Shown piece after piece: positions 37,594 through 47,134 of a stretch of 64,000 bases of DNA. The position numbers and the translations under genes are program-made. The DNA comes from a virus (Duplodnaviria; Heunggongvirae; Uroviricota; Caudoviricetes), in IMG/VR virus record IMGVR_UViG_3300001373_000069; one strand, written 5' to 3'. Under the pieces are notes generated by a model. It did no database searches, was not told the origin of the DNA, and saw only the letters and a program-made list of their open reading frames with translations. How positions within the stretch are numbered: the stretch's first letter is position 1; each line of letters begins with the position of its first letter.

Positions 37594-37686
37594 AGGTAGT
37601 TGCTCTATCACTGAGCTACACGGCCATTTGTGTATTATATTTAGAGGCCGTGACGGGACTCAAACCCGCGACCGACTACTTAAAAA
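37594..37686 (-). ncRNA. Permuted or split tRNA-Lys(UUU)-like locus: 3' half (loop UUUUUAA, anticodon 3' stem, T-arm, acceptor 3' strand) lies upstream of a 20-nt spacer and the 5' half (acceptor 5' strand, D-arm, anticodon 5' stem)
   Basis: Minus strand 5'->3': ..TTTTTAA-GTAGT-CGGTC-GCGGGTTTGAGTCCCGT-CACGGCC-[TCTAAATATAATACACAAAT]-GGCCGTG-TA-GCTCAGTGATAGAGC-A-ACTAC-C.. Acceptor halves are perfectly complementary (GGCCGTG/CACGGCC) and anticodon stem halves ACTAC/GTAGT are perfectly complementary, but they are in the reverse gene order. Confidence 0.5.
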
Positions 37687-37840
37687 CATACTTATGTATA
37701 TTTTTGTAGTTAGACACCTGACGCTTTATTACCGATAAAGGTCAAGCTAAGTCTTTTGGATCAACACTAAGTCTAATTTGCTGCTGTGGAGCGTCAATTA
37801 AGGCTAAGGTTAAGACTAAAGCTCGAACCAATAATATCGT

Positions 37841-38647
37841 TTAACCTTTTAGGATGAACCCAAAGATTTTATCTGCAGTTAACGTTGATTTAACCACTTC
37901 ACACTCGTTGCACTCTTTCAAGGCTTGAGTTACAGCAATGATCAAATCCGAACGGCGTTTCATTGCAGCTGCACGCTGGCGGTGAGACCATTGACCAGAA
38001 AACTTCTGAATAGTATAATCACCAATTTCGCGAACAACAGTTTTGAAAGCTGTTTTTGGTTGATATCCGGCGGGTAAAGTTTTCCCAACTAAGTTAGGAT
38101 CTTCTAGGATATATTCATTCTTATCAGTTGTGCGTGATATACCTGCAACCATTGGAGTTTCCCATACCTTTCGATCGGCGTACTCATCAAAGGCAGTTTC
38201 AGCCCATACTTCAGAATCAGAACGAACTGGGATTACAGAAAGCATTGCTTCCATATCACCCATATCTTTGGATTCCAATAATGATTTCAACCGTAACAAT
38301 TCCAATGAAGTGAATTCGCCCCAAGAATCGCCACCGACAACCAATTCAGCTTTCGCTAAACCCATTGCGTTAGTCTTTTCTTGTGAGAACAATGCCTCAA
38401 TAAACTGTCCCGACTCTTTAATGAAGTAGTCGACCTTCTCATCAACAGTAGTAATTACTTTCACAAAACTACGTTTGCTTGGCTCATCAGCAGTACCTTC
38501 CTTTGCAGTATAGGTATTCTTTTCACCAAGGAATGCACCTTGTGATTTGTTGTAAAACACTGTATGGTCAGTGACCATATGTTTGAATTTTGCCCTTAAT
38601 GCATCTGTTAGGGCTAACAGTACGTTTAGTTTAGTACCGATTTTCAT
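37841..38647 (-). CDS. hypothetical protein (268 aa)
   Basis: ORF track. Confidence 0.5.
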   Translation of the reverse strand: MKIGTKLNVLLALTDALRAKFKHMVTDHTVFYNKSQGAFLGEKNTYTAKEGTADEPSKRSFVKVITTVDEKVDYFIKESGQFIEALFSQEKTNAMGLAKAELVVGGDSWGEFTSLELLRLKSLLESKDMGDMEAMLSVIPVRSDSEVWAETAFDEYADRKVWETPMVAGISRTTDKNEYILEDPNLVGKTLPAGYQPKTAFKTVVREIGDYTIQKFSGQWSHRQRAAAMKRRSDLIIAVTQALKECNECEVVKSTLTADKIFGFILKG

Positions 38648-38665
38648 GTTTATGAAATTTTAATG

Positions 38666-38884
38666 TTAAGACTCTTTTTCTTCGAAAGTAGAACATTCCT
38701 TGGCCATCCATATAGGATCAAAATTGAATGGATAAAAGAACCATCCATGAGATATACCATGTGAATTACCAATCATATTCAAATCCGGTTTTACACAACT
38801 AATATGACAATCACCCGGAATAGATCGTCTATGTTTGCATTTAATACAGTTAGCACGAGCTTTTACCGCAATATCTTTATCCAT
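38666..38884 (-). CDS. Cys-rich hypothetical protein (72 aa)
   Basis: 'CIKCKHRRSIPGDCHISC'. Confidence 0.4.
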   Translation of the reverse strand: MDKDIAVKARANCIKCKHRRSIPGDCHISCVKPDLNMIGNSHGISHGWFFYPFNFDPIWMAKECSTFEEKES

Positions 38885-38993
38885 TACTAAATTTTATTAA
38901 TACAACCATCACATCCAAGTGATTTAGCTCGACTACACTCATCAGAATCTATTCGCTCCTTTACAATTTCCACAAGGATATTTCTAGGCAAAC

Positions 38994-39302
38994 TCATAAA
39001 TCAAAGTTTTGTGCTGCTTCTATAGCTAATGAATCGTTGATATCTTTTGTTTCCCAGATGAATAATGTATCCATACGAGTAATGGTTGAATCAGCTACAA
39101 GCATCAATGCCTGGGATCGATAAACACTAGCACCCATGATATAAGCATCATTGATTAACTGTTGTGTCTTTTTAGTAGTTTCAACTTCTTTTGCTTTTGC
39201 ATCGGTAACTGCTTGTTCTGTAGTGATATACAATAGAAATACAGCAACCATAGTTGCAACGATACCTAATACCGTAAAAAATCTACCCATACTATTTACC
39301 AA
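38994..39302 (-). CDS. hypothetical membrane-anchored protein (102 aa)
   Basis: N-terminal TM helix. Confidence 0.45.
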   Translation of the reverse strand: MVNSMGRFFTVLGIVATMVAVFLLYITTEQAVTDAKAKEVETTKKTQQLINDAYIMGASVYRSQALMLVADSTITRMDTLFIWETKDINDSLAIEAAQNFDL

Positions 39303-39579
39303 TTAAGTCTTTAGCTTGTTTATATAACCCTGGGTTAACCTTATTAAGGTTATGAAGGTAATACAAGTCAACACCATTAATAATAATCAAAGGTTCCCCT
39401 AACACAGAATTTCTGTAGTCAATCATACCCATCAAATAGTAATTGTCCAATACTTGTTGTACAATAATTTTATGGGCCTTCATTGTTTTAGGGATATCAT
39501 CAACATCGTATGGTAAATACTCCAATGACGAACAGCCAGTTAATAATGCCAATAAGAAAACAATAGCAATGTGTTTCAT
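39292..39579 (-). CDS. putative lipoprotein (95 aa)
   Basis: Signal/lipobox 'FLLALLTGCSS'. Confidence 0.45.
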   Translation of the reverse strand: MKHIAIVFLLALLTGCSSLEYLPYDVDDIPKTMKAHKIIVQQVLDNYYLMGMIDYRNSVLGEPLIIINGVDLYYLHNLNKVNPGLYKQAKDLIGK

Positions 39580-39596
39580 TCTGTTTAATTTAAGTA

Positions 39597-39857
39597 TTAC
39601 AATTCATCTTCTTCACTCTCTTCTGGTTCCGGAAAATGTTGTTCAACCCAGTCGAGTTCGAGCATATTATCCGGCACCAATTCGCCCTTATACTTCATAA
39701 AGTTATCAGGTTCATTTTCACATCCAAATGACACATTAGTATGATCATCATACCCATTAAAGGCACTCTTTACCACACCATTACGACATTCTTCATTGGT
39801 ACATCCATCGTAGGGTACATAATGTACTTTATCCCCTCGCTTGAACTTATCGCTCAT
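39597..39857 (-). CDS. hypothetical protein (86 aa), paralogue of 36240..36461
   Basis: See paralogue. Confidence 0.5.
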   Translation of the reverse strand: MSDKFKRGDKVHYVPYDGCTNEECRNGVVKSAFNGYDDHTNVSFGCENEPDNFMKYKGELVPDNMLELDWVEQHFPEPEESEEDEL

Positions 39858-40039
39858 AGAATACGTAATATATGATGGCTAAAAAACCCTACTATTAGTA
39901 ATAATAATAGCAGTGTTCTTAACCAGAAATATAATACAAATCCAGGGTAATAGGATCTTTTTCTAGCCATAGCTACATCGATCGTATGATTGATGCCCAT
40001 AGCAATTAAGACAACAAATATTAATATCCAAAAAATCAT
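39854..40039 (-). CDS. small membrane protein (61 aa)
   Basis: ORF track. Confidence 0.35.
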   Translation of the reverse strand: MIFWILIFVVLIAMGINHTIDVAMARKRSYYPGFVLYFWLRTLLLLLLIVGFFSHHILRIL

Positions 40040-40139
40040 GTTAATAGAATTAAAATGTTAATAACTGGCAAGTGGATTTAATACCACTATTACCCCCTAG
40101 AAATAAGAGGCGTCCTTAAGCTTAGACTATACCAGTAAG

Positions 40140-40214
40140 TGGACCCAGTGAGTCTCGAACTCACGCATCTCCGAGTTATGAGCCCGGTGCCTTTACCAGC
40201 TTGGCTACAGGTCC
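40140..40214 (-). tRNA. tRNA-Met (CAT), elongator-type (or tRNA-Ile2 if lysidinylated)
   Basis: Acceptor GGACCTG/TGGGTCC, anticodon stem CCGGG/CTCGG, loop CUCAUAA, T-arm GTGAGTTCGAGACTCAC. Confidence 0.75.
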
Positions 40215-40220
40215 CAGGAA

Positions 40221-40580
40221 TTACTCCTTAATTTCGTCGACTAAGGACATCATATCCATAAGGCCTTTCATACCAGCCTTTTCATCACCATCTATACCAG
40301 CTAACAAATTGGATTTGATACCAATCAGTTTACTTATAGTAGCAGATGGGTCTGATGAATGTTTAGCTACCTCAGCTAATTTAACTGCCTCAGTAATAAG
40401 AGGCGCAATGGTTTTTCCTTCTTCGCTGACTAATAAGTTTGCAATAGTTGCAATAACGAATATTGGCGAGCAATCCATACTAAGCGTTGTAGAGCATTTA
40501 CCTGATTCTTTATCAATAATCTTAGCTCCAATTTTAAACTTCATTTTACCGTTCTTTTCCGACATATTATTTTCCTCCAT
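40221..40580 (-). CDS. hypothetical protein (119 aa)
   Basis: ORF track. Confidence 0.45.
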   Translation of the reverse strand: MEENNMSEKNGKMKFKIGAKIIDKESGKCSTTLSMDCSPIFVIATIANLLVSEEGKTIAPLITEAVKLAEVAKHSSDPSATISKLIGIKSNLLAGIDGDEKAGMKGLMDMMSLVDEIKE

Positions 40581-40992
40581 TTAAGATGTTTTTCATTTCG
40601 TCAATAAGAGCCTGATCTTTAGGCTCGATAAGTTCCTTTTCAGAAACTGGTTGCTGCGTGAGTTTTTCGCTATCAAAACTATCAGCATCAGAATAACCAG
40701 GAATAACTTTAACTCTTTCTATCAGCTCTTTATCTGTAATACCCAACTCAGCAGCTTTCTCTTTTACAAACAAAGCAGCTCCCGCAGCAGTAGTAAGCAG
40801 TTCATACAGTAGTTCATGACTCAGCATCGTATCTATTATATTCCGAAGAATATAGTTACGATCAGCATTAGCACTGACTACGACTCCCGAACCTCCGTCT
40901 TCTTCCTCAATTATAAATTTGAAGTAACGTTTATTGTTGCTCATATTAATAGTTTTTAAAATAAATGATTTCAGGTATGTAATCAAACACAA
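40567..40992 (-). CDS. hypothetical protein (141 aa)
   Basis: ORF track. Confidence 0.45.
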   Translation of the reverse strand: MCLITYLKSFILKTINMSNNKRYFKFIIEEEDGGSGVVVSANADRNYILRNIIDTMLSHELLYELLTTAAGAALFVKEKAAELGITDKELIERVKVIPGYSDADSFDSEKLTQQPVSEKELIEPKDQALIDEMKNILNGGK

Positions 40993-41272
40993 ATTTAGTT
41001 ACCGGACAAAGCCAAATATCCATATCTATGTTTAGTTCATTGAAACTATAGGTTCCACTCTCACCATCGGTGTTTGTTAACGTTAACTTCATACTACCTT
41101 CAAATTCCTCAGTGCTTAACACTAAGTTAACAATTCCATAACCTTCATCAAAAATATTGAGTAGGTCATCGGCTCCACAAACCATTTCAAGGTCTGCTCT
41201 GCTTTCGGGCCATTCGGGTAACACGATGTACCAACGTCCATCAGTATCCTTTGTGAATGTATACTTCTTCAT
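40946..41272 (-). CDS. hypothetical protein (108 aa)
   Basis: ORF track. Confidence 0.45.
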   Translation of the reverse strand: MKKYTFTKDTDGRWYIVLPEWPESRADLEMVCGADDLLNIFDEGYGIVNLVLSTEEFEGSMKLTLTNTDGESGTYSFNELNIDMDIWLCPVTKFVFDYIPEIIYFKNY

Positions 41273-41280
41273 AATATGGG

Positions 41281-41363
41281 TACCCTCAGTCGGACTCGAA
41301 CCGACACACCATTACGGCACCAGATCCTAAGTCTAGCGCGTCTACCAATTCCGCCATGAGGGC
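41281..41363 (-). tRNA. tRNA-Leu (TAG), type II
   Basis: Acceptor GCCCTCA/TGAGGGT, anticodon stem CTAGA/TCTGG, loop CUUAGGA, long variable arm, T-arm GTCGGTTCGAGTCCGAC. Confidence 0.8.
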
Positions 41364-41370
41364 ATATTAT

Positions 41371-41985
41371 TTAATCAGTTGTACCATCAGTTTCTAAAGA
41401 GGCAGTAGCCTCTTTATATGCTTCAATAGTTCTTTCCAGGAAACCAATATAATTTGAAGGTTCACCATTACAGGTATTCAATCTCAATTCGCCATTGGGT
41501 TGCATAGATACAGCTCTTGTCATCAAGTGTGTCAAACGATTACCTGTAATCTTTAAACTCTCAGGGATAACCGAATATAACTCTTTAGCGGCTACAGCAG
41601 CAGGTATTACGAATTGTTCTCCATCAGCAGTTACCACTTCAATGTCTTTTATAACACTAATAGCAGTAGTAAACTTCATATGAGGATGAGCAGATAATGC
41701 TTCAACCACTTCATCACTAACAACAGAAGATGTAGCTAATGCTTTAATACAGGTTAAGAAGGCTTCTAATTCTTCAAGAGAATTGATCTTCATATCACCT
41801 ACACCAGAAAACCGGATAACACATTTCACATACTTAACGATAGTGATATGGTCAATGGGGAATCCGAACGATTCGGCTTCTTTAGCAGACATATAGGAGA
41901 TTTCTTTATCCCCATTGAATGCTTTTCTGTCATAGCTAATATTAACTCGACAGCCAAATTTATCACTAGATACTTGTTTGTGCAC
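41371..41985 (-). CDS. hypothetical protein (204 aa)
   Basis: ORF track. Confidence 0.5.
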   Translation of the reverse strand: MHKQVSSDKFGCRVNISYDRKAFNGDKEISYMSAKEAESFGFPIDHITIVKYVKCVIRFSGVGDMKINSLEELEAFLTCIKALATSSVVSDEVVEALSAHPHMKFTTAISVIKDIEVVTADGEQFVIPAAVAAKELYSVIPESLKITGNRLTHLMTRAVSMQPNGELRLNTCNGEPSNYIGFLERTIEAYKEATASLETDGTTD

Positions 41986-42598
41986 CTACAGGTTCCTCCA
42001 TGAATGAAATTACTTCGTTGAAATGGGCCATCATTCTATTGTAGTTGTGGTAATGACAACCAACTTTGATGTCAGAACCATACGTTTGCAAGCTGTAACC
42101 ACAGATACTATTTAGGTTAATAACCACGCTTTTATACTTACTTGGAAGTTTATCAGCAAAGTAGTAAGCCTCATTTTTGTCTAAATTGATTACTTCACCG
42201 CCTTCAAGAGTAATCTTAAAAGGTTTGCATGTCACTGATTTGGTAACACGAATTTGTTCATGAAGATCAGTGATATCATCTTCAGTAATAGTTATACCAT
42301 TGTAGAATTTCTCGATAATAGTTTTGATGCATTTAACACCATCTATCGATAGATTCTTTAATGCATAACCACTACCAACATCGATAGCACATACCAAACT
42401 CTCTGTTTCGGTAATGCCGTCTACACGCAGACCAAGGTTTTTAGCAGCAAGGATTTGTTTCTCTGATATGGGTTTACCATTAGGAGCAAACTTATTAATC
42501 TTTGTGATTATCCTTGAGGACCAGCCCAAATTAGATTCTTTAATAACTTTTAAAGTCATTGTTTTTAATTTACGGTTAAAACTAGTGAACTCAATCAC
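41966..42598 (-). CDS. hypothetical protein (210 aa)
   Basis: ORF track. Confidence 0.5.
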   Translation of the reverse strand: MIEFTSFNRKLKTMTLKVIKESNLGWSSRIITKINKFAPNGKPISEKQILAAKNLGLRVDGITETESLVCAIDVGSGYALKNLSIDGVKCIKTIIEKFYNGITITEDDITDLHEQIRVTKSVTCKPFKITLEGGEVINLDKNEAYYFADKLPSKYKSVVINLNSICGYSLQTYGSDIKVGCHYHNYNRMMAHFNEVISFMEEPVGAQTSI

Positions 42599-42604
42599 AA
42601 TTTG

Positions 42605-42676
42605 TAGAGCCTACGAGATTCGAACTCGTGTTACCGGACTGAAAACCCAGTGTCCTGACCCCTAGACGAAGGCTCC
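42605..42676 (-). tRNA. tRNA-Glu (TTC)
   Basis: GGAGCCTTCGTCTAGGGGTCAGGACACTGGGTTTTCAGTCCGGTAACACGAGTTCGAATCTCGTAGGCTCTA; close to E. coli tRNA-Glu. Confidence 0.85.
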
Positions 42677-42934
42677 ATTTTTATTCACCAGTATCGTTTA
42701 CTGATGTAGGAAGGTCTTATAATTTCATTGTATTGGTAAAAACAGGGGCCCATCCTTTGTTTAATCAGCGGATGAAGCAGATGGTTTTAAGCACGTTGCT
42801 GTTGAGCCCCTTAGATATTGTCAATAAAGCATTTTACTGCTTTGAATAATAACCAACCAATAAAGCAGCACATTACTGCTGCACATACACTAGCTAAAAG
42901 TGTGTTCATATATGTTAGTATTAATATTTACGTG

Positions 42935-43021
42935 CGGAGACGGAGAGATTCGAACTCCCGGACCCTGTTACGGGCCTCCGGTTTAGCATACCGGTGGTTT
43001 AAGCCACTCACCCACATCTCC
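42935..43021 (-). tRNA. tRNA-Ser (GCT), type II
   Basis: Acceptor GGAGATG/CGTCTCC, anticodon stem CCGGT/ACCGG, loop AUGCUAA, long variable arm. Confidence 0.8.
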
Positions 43022-43026
43022 ATTAG

Positions 43027-43098
43027 AGGGCCCGGCTGGATTTGAACCAGCGACATCCACTTTAACAGAGTGGCGCTCTACCGCTGAGCTACAAGCCC
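43027..43098 (-). tRNA. tRNA-Asn (GTT)
   Basis: Acceptor GGGCTTG/CGGGCCC, anticodon stem CCACT/AGTGG, loop CUGUUAA. Confidence 0.85.
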
Positions 43099-43107
43099 CT
43101 ACAACTA

Positions 43108-43338
43108 TTATTTGTTGCATGGACGGATCTTAGTTACCTGTGCAGGCTTAAGACCGTCGAACTTTATGGTATATTCATACATACCTGGATTATTATCCAA
43201 TATTTCTTTGGTTAAATCTTCCTGTTTAAAACAGATACCCCAGATCAATGATTCGTTCAGGTGTTTCGCGATATCCGCGTCATGAACAGTAGAGTAAACC
43301 TTCTCCTCAATCAATTTAACTTCTGCAGCTTTAGCCAT
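43108..43338 (-). CDS. hypothetical protein (76 aa)
   Basis: ORF track. Confidence 0.45.
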   Translation of the reverse strand: MAKAAEVKLIEEKVYSTVHDADIAKHLNESLIWGICFKQEDLTKEILDNNPGMYEYTIKFDGLKPAQVTKIRPCNK

Positions 43339-43340
43339 TA

Positions 43341-43871
43341 TTATTTTATTTGTTTGATGAAACTCTTTATTACTTTTTGCTGTGGAACAGTAAACTCTTC
43401 AACCGGAATTATTCCTAGCTTATCGGATATACCACTAAGAACTATTGGTTTAGCACCTTTAGCTTTAATTAATGCTCTATTCAAAGAATCATTAGCCTTT
43501 CTAAGATCAGATATTCGTCTATCTTCGGCTTTATCTTCAACCCTAAATTTCTGGGAAACAATGATAAGCCAATGGTCAATGAATTTCTTCAACTCACCTA
43601 GTTTAACGAATGTAAATATCTTGCCGAATACAGCTACAGTGTAAATAACACTTGAATTACCACTAACAAGGATATACAAATCCTCAGGTCTTTGTATGGG
43701 AGGTAAATGATCACTAACTCTAATAAGCCTATGACCAAACCCAAAGTAAGATGACCCACTTGGATTGTATTTTACATCTCTGGTCTTAGACTCAAGATAC
43801 TTAGTTAATTTACTCATTTGCGATATGTTAAAGGGAAGGGCGCCATCCTGTATGGATTTAACCCAACCCAA
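43341..43871 (-). CDS. hypothetical protein (176 aa)
   Basis: ORF track. Confidence 0.5.
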   Translation of the reverse strand: MGWVKSIQDGALPFNISQMSKLTKYLESKTRDVKYNPSGSSYFGFGHRLIRVSDHLPPIQRPEDLYILVSGNSSVIYTVAVFGKIFTFVKLGELKKFIDHWLIIVSQKFRVEDKAEDRRISDLRKANDSLNRALIKAKGAKPIVLSGISDKLGIIPVEEFTVPQQKVIKSFIKQIK

Positions 43872-44039
43872 TAATTACAGGGTGCTGGTTTTGGAAAATG
43901 AAGCTTTCTTTTTTTGGAGATTGCTGTACACACCCTTAATATTATAAAAAAGAGGGATACACTATTTAACTAGCTTACCCTCATACAATCAGTTATCACA
44001 ACTATCACACCATTTAAGTTACTTTTAAGTTACCAGTTG

Positions 44040-44231
44040 CTATTCACTGAATAGTTCGTTAAGATCAACATTAAGACCAATTTTAAGATCATCATCTGTC
44101 AACCAATCAAGATCATCTTCATCACCTCGAAAGTCTTTAAGAGCTTTTTCAAATCTTTCATCTTCACGCTCCTTCTGTATCATCTTCTTAAAAGTTGTAT
44201 CAGACATGGAGTTTGTGTTTGAAATTCTCAT
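44040..44231 (-). CDS. hypothetical acidic protein (63 aa)
   Basis: ORF track. Confidence 0.35.
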   Translation of the reverse strand: MRISNTNSMSDTTFKKMIQKEREDERFEKALKDFRGDEDDLDWLTDDDLKIGLNVDLNELFSE

Positions 44232-44457
44232 ATAAAAGGATAAGAACTACTATGATTACTAGGTATAAACTAAATGTAGTATCTGACATACCGTTAGAAA
44301 TCTCTTTGTATGATATCCATAGAAATCCCATAAATAAAAAGAATGCACTGATTGACACATCACATAGATAACCAATAGTTCTATAGCGAATACCCTCGAA
44401 TAGGTCATAAAATAAACAAAAGGATATAAATCCTAATAAAACAATAATAACTCCCAT
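44200..44457 (-). CDS. small membrane protein (85 aa)
   Basis: Two TM helices. Confidence 0.4.
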   Translation of the reverse strand: MGVIIVLLGFISFCLFYDLFEGIRYRTIGYLCDVSISAFFLFMGFLWISYKEISNGMSDTTFSLYLVIIVVLILLYENFKHKLHV

Positions 44458-44477
44458 ACTCGTAGGGTTTAAATTAG

Positions 44478-45020
44478 TTAAATAGAATCTTTAAGCTTAT
44501 CGATAATATACTCCTCAACAGACTTTTCGATACTTACCATACCACTTTCCTCAATAGTATAACCAGGAATATAAATTCGAGATGCTATTATTACAGGAAA
44601 TGTGTTAACGTCAAGTTCCATTTTATGACCCCATAAAGAGCCGCCAAGACATAAACAATCAGGTTTGAATCCGTCAGCTTGTACAGCCTTTAGCACTCTT
44701 TGTATGGTACTGAATGATCTAGTAAAATCGTCAACAATAATATTAAGACTGTCTTTAATTGGTTGTGGATGTTCATCAATGTGATGATTATCTTCCTTAG
44801 GTTTCTTAACATAGATTATCTTGGTATTGCACCGTAATTTAGAGCAAATAATTGCTGCTATTATAGATCCAGAAGAACCAGTAACCCAGAATGTCATATC
44901 TCTAGCTGGGTAGCATTCTACCAAAGCTTTAGCCATCTTATCTATCTCGATTACGTTTTTTACTATATGTTCACCTACAGGGTAATCAATATCAACATCA
45001 ATTTGTATAAACTGTGTCAT
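44478..45020 (-). CDS. hypothetical protein (180 aa)
   Basis: ORF track. Confidence 0.5.
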   Translation of the reverse strand: MTQFIQIDVDIDYPVGEHIVKNVIEIDKMAKALVECYPARDMTFWVTGSSGSIIAAIICSKLRCNTKIIYVKKPKEDNHHIDEHPQPIKDSLNIIVDDFTRSFSTIQRVLKAVQADGFKPDCLCLGGSLWGHKMELDVNTFPVIIASRIYIPGYTIEESGMVSIEKSVEEYIIDKLKDSI

Positions 45021-45039
45021 TTAATTTACGTGTTAGTTA

Positions 45040-45327
45040 CTACTCAAATTCAAGCCATTGAGAATTGATGTATTCCCAATTATCATCAGGATTAAGAGTC
45101 CAATCTACCATACAACTACACAGACAATTACGTCCTACTAGTGTAATCTCATAGTTAAACATCTCTTCCGAACTATCCAAACTGTTATAACTCTTATTCA
45201 CTGCATTGATATAACGAGTCTTAAGTCTATTCTTTTGTAAGAATCTCTCAAAATCGTTAATATCTTTGGTTACTAGATTATGTGAACTCTCCAATTTCTC
45301 AAGGAATTCTTTGATAGTTATTTTCAT
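45040..45327 (-). CDS. hypothetical protein (95 aa)
   Basis: ORF track. Confidence 0.45.
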   Translation of the reverse strand: MKITIKEFLEKLESSHNLVTKDINDFERFLQKNRLKTRYINAVNKSYNSLDSSEEMFNYEITLVGRNCLCSCMVDWTLNPDDNWEYINSQWLEFE

Positions 45328-45563
45328 AATCCTAAGTAATCAGGTATTAAACCAGCATTTGCTAGTCGTTCATATTCCGAATTAATAATCCTTAGCGCAA
45401 ATGAGCTGGGTTCTCTGTTAAAAGCAGTTCTTGATGTACATTTCATCCAAATAAATTTAGGATTAGCAACATCGAGAATAGCTTGACAAGCAGATTTACT
45501 AAGATTACTTATATCCACTAATGTTGGGTGGATCTTTTCTGCGATTGGGTTTCCTTTTTTCAT
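45324..45563 (-). CDS. hypothetical protein (79 aa)
   Basis: ORF track. Confidence 0.45.
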   Translation of the reverse strand: MKKGNPIAEKIHPTLVDISNLSKSACQAILDVANPKFIWMKCTSRTAFNREPSSFALRIINSEYERLANAGLIPDYLGL

Positions 45564-46237
45564 AATGTGTTAGTTTTAAATTATTTTTAGCACCCTCTTG
45601 TCTAGTTAAATGGTAGGCGACACGAATATCGCGATCATTGTATAGAGTAGGGTCACTGGTTGACAGTATGGGCGAGACTGTCTGCTATTTAACCATTGCT
45701 GAGAACTTTTCGTGTTGTGTGTTTTAGAACCTAAGGAACCGCACACATACCATCCTTTCTCAAGGGAACAACACGCATAGGGTTACCTAGTAACTGTGTG
45801 GGATTGCAGAGTGTAAGATTCCACACTATCCATCTGCATTTTAAGTTACGTACCTTGTTAGGCCTATGATCTTCGTAGTCCGCGCCGTCAGCCTCCTGGC
45901 TGCCTCACATATACCGGTTCACTTCTAGCCGTTGTCATATACACTTATTCTTCGTAGCTGGCCTACGTGTCGCTATCATAGATACCAAGTCTATAAGAGC
46001 TATTCTTCATGTACTGACCAATTAACATACAGATCTATATACTAGCTACGCCCTGGTCGATACTCAGGCTTATCAAGGATCACTTGACTGTACTATTAGT
46101 ATGTTATGTTTTAATAGAGCCGAGAGAAGGATTCACACCTTCGCGGTGGGTCATCGGACATATGCACAAGTCCTCATGTACTCTTGATGGGCATTTCTCA
46201 CTACATCATTCCTATTACGTAGCATCTCGGCATTGTT

Positions 46238-46546
46238 TTATTCAATAATACATACTGGAATAGTATTCACATATATACCAATAAGCTCGCATGGTTTATA
46301 TTGATTACCATTTTCTTCCACCATTATTAACCATTCGTAACCACGACTTGTGCTATAATCTTTAATAATCTCTTTAATGGTTTGTATACCAAATGGAGTA
46401 ACAATCTTCTGCCCTTCTTCGTATAAATACCTTTTAGAAGTATCTATAAGATCCTCGTAGGATTCCAACGGTCGGTTAGGATTCTTAGCTATTATAAACC
46501 TATCCTCCATTTTACTTAAGAAATAATCTTTATGTAATGTAGTCAT
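46238..46546 (-). CDS. hypothetical protein (102 aa)
   Basis: ORF track. Confidence 0.45.
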   Translation of the reverse strand: MTTLHKDYFLSKMEDRFIIAKNPNRPLESYEDLIDTSKRYLYEEGQKIVTPFGIQTIKEIIKDYSTSRGYEWLIMVEENGNQYKPCELIGIYVNTIPVCIIE

Positions 46547-46765
46547 AAGTAATGTTTAATAGTTAATAATAAAATGTACTCACGGCATAGGCACCCGGGT
46601 CCGCAATTGCTTGCGCGACTATTTACCGCCCGGGTCTACCCTTAACCGCTTTACTCGATAAACGAGATTCTAGTAGGGTCTCTCACCCTTTAACACTGCC
46701 TTATCGGTAGTGATCACATCGTCTTCTGACCTAGGCCCCGGATGTGGAGCTGTTCATAAACTAGC

Positions 46766-47134
46766 TTAAGTAGTATTTTTCAGTTCAGCTTCAATTTCTC
46801 GTATCTTAGCTAAACTAGCTTTCAATCCTAATCCAGGATGATATTCAGTCCAAGTCTTTACAGCCCTAAGCTTATGTCCCTCTCCAAGCATGATAATTAT
46901 CATCTCTTTGAGTTTCTCATCATCACCCGGCGTCGGTAGTGGAGTAATATCATGTTCTCCACAAATAGCAGAATACTTCCTACGATAAAACTCTTCAGTC
47001 TCTGGAGCCATTGCACCTGCTACGAATGCATCATATACCTTACACTCCTGTGATTGGTAATACGTTGTATCATAGTCATTTCGCGGACCCTTAAGTCCGG
47101 CATGCTCGTAAGCAGCTTGTTCAATCTTATTCAT
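46766..47134 (-). CDS. hypothetical protein (122 aa)
   Basis: ORF track. Confidence 0.45.
   Translation of the reverse strand: MNKIEQAAYEHAGLKGPRNDYDTTYYQSQECKVYDAFVAGAMAPETEEFYRRKYSAICGEHDITPLPTPGDDEKLKEMIIIMLGEGHKLRAVKTWTEYHPGLGLKASLAKIREIEAELKNTT

Noticed and set aside
46100-46185. tRNA-like T-arm signature (GAAGGTGTGAATCCTTC)
   Set aside because: No complementary acceptor strand or D-arm could be found. It is treated as part of the structured non-coding region rather than a tRNA.
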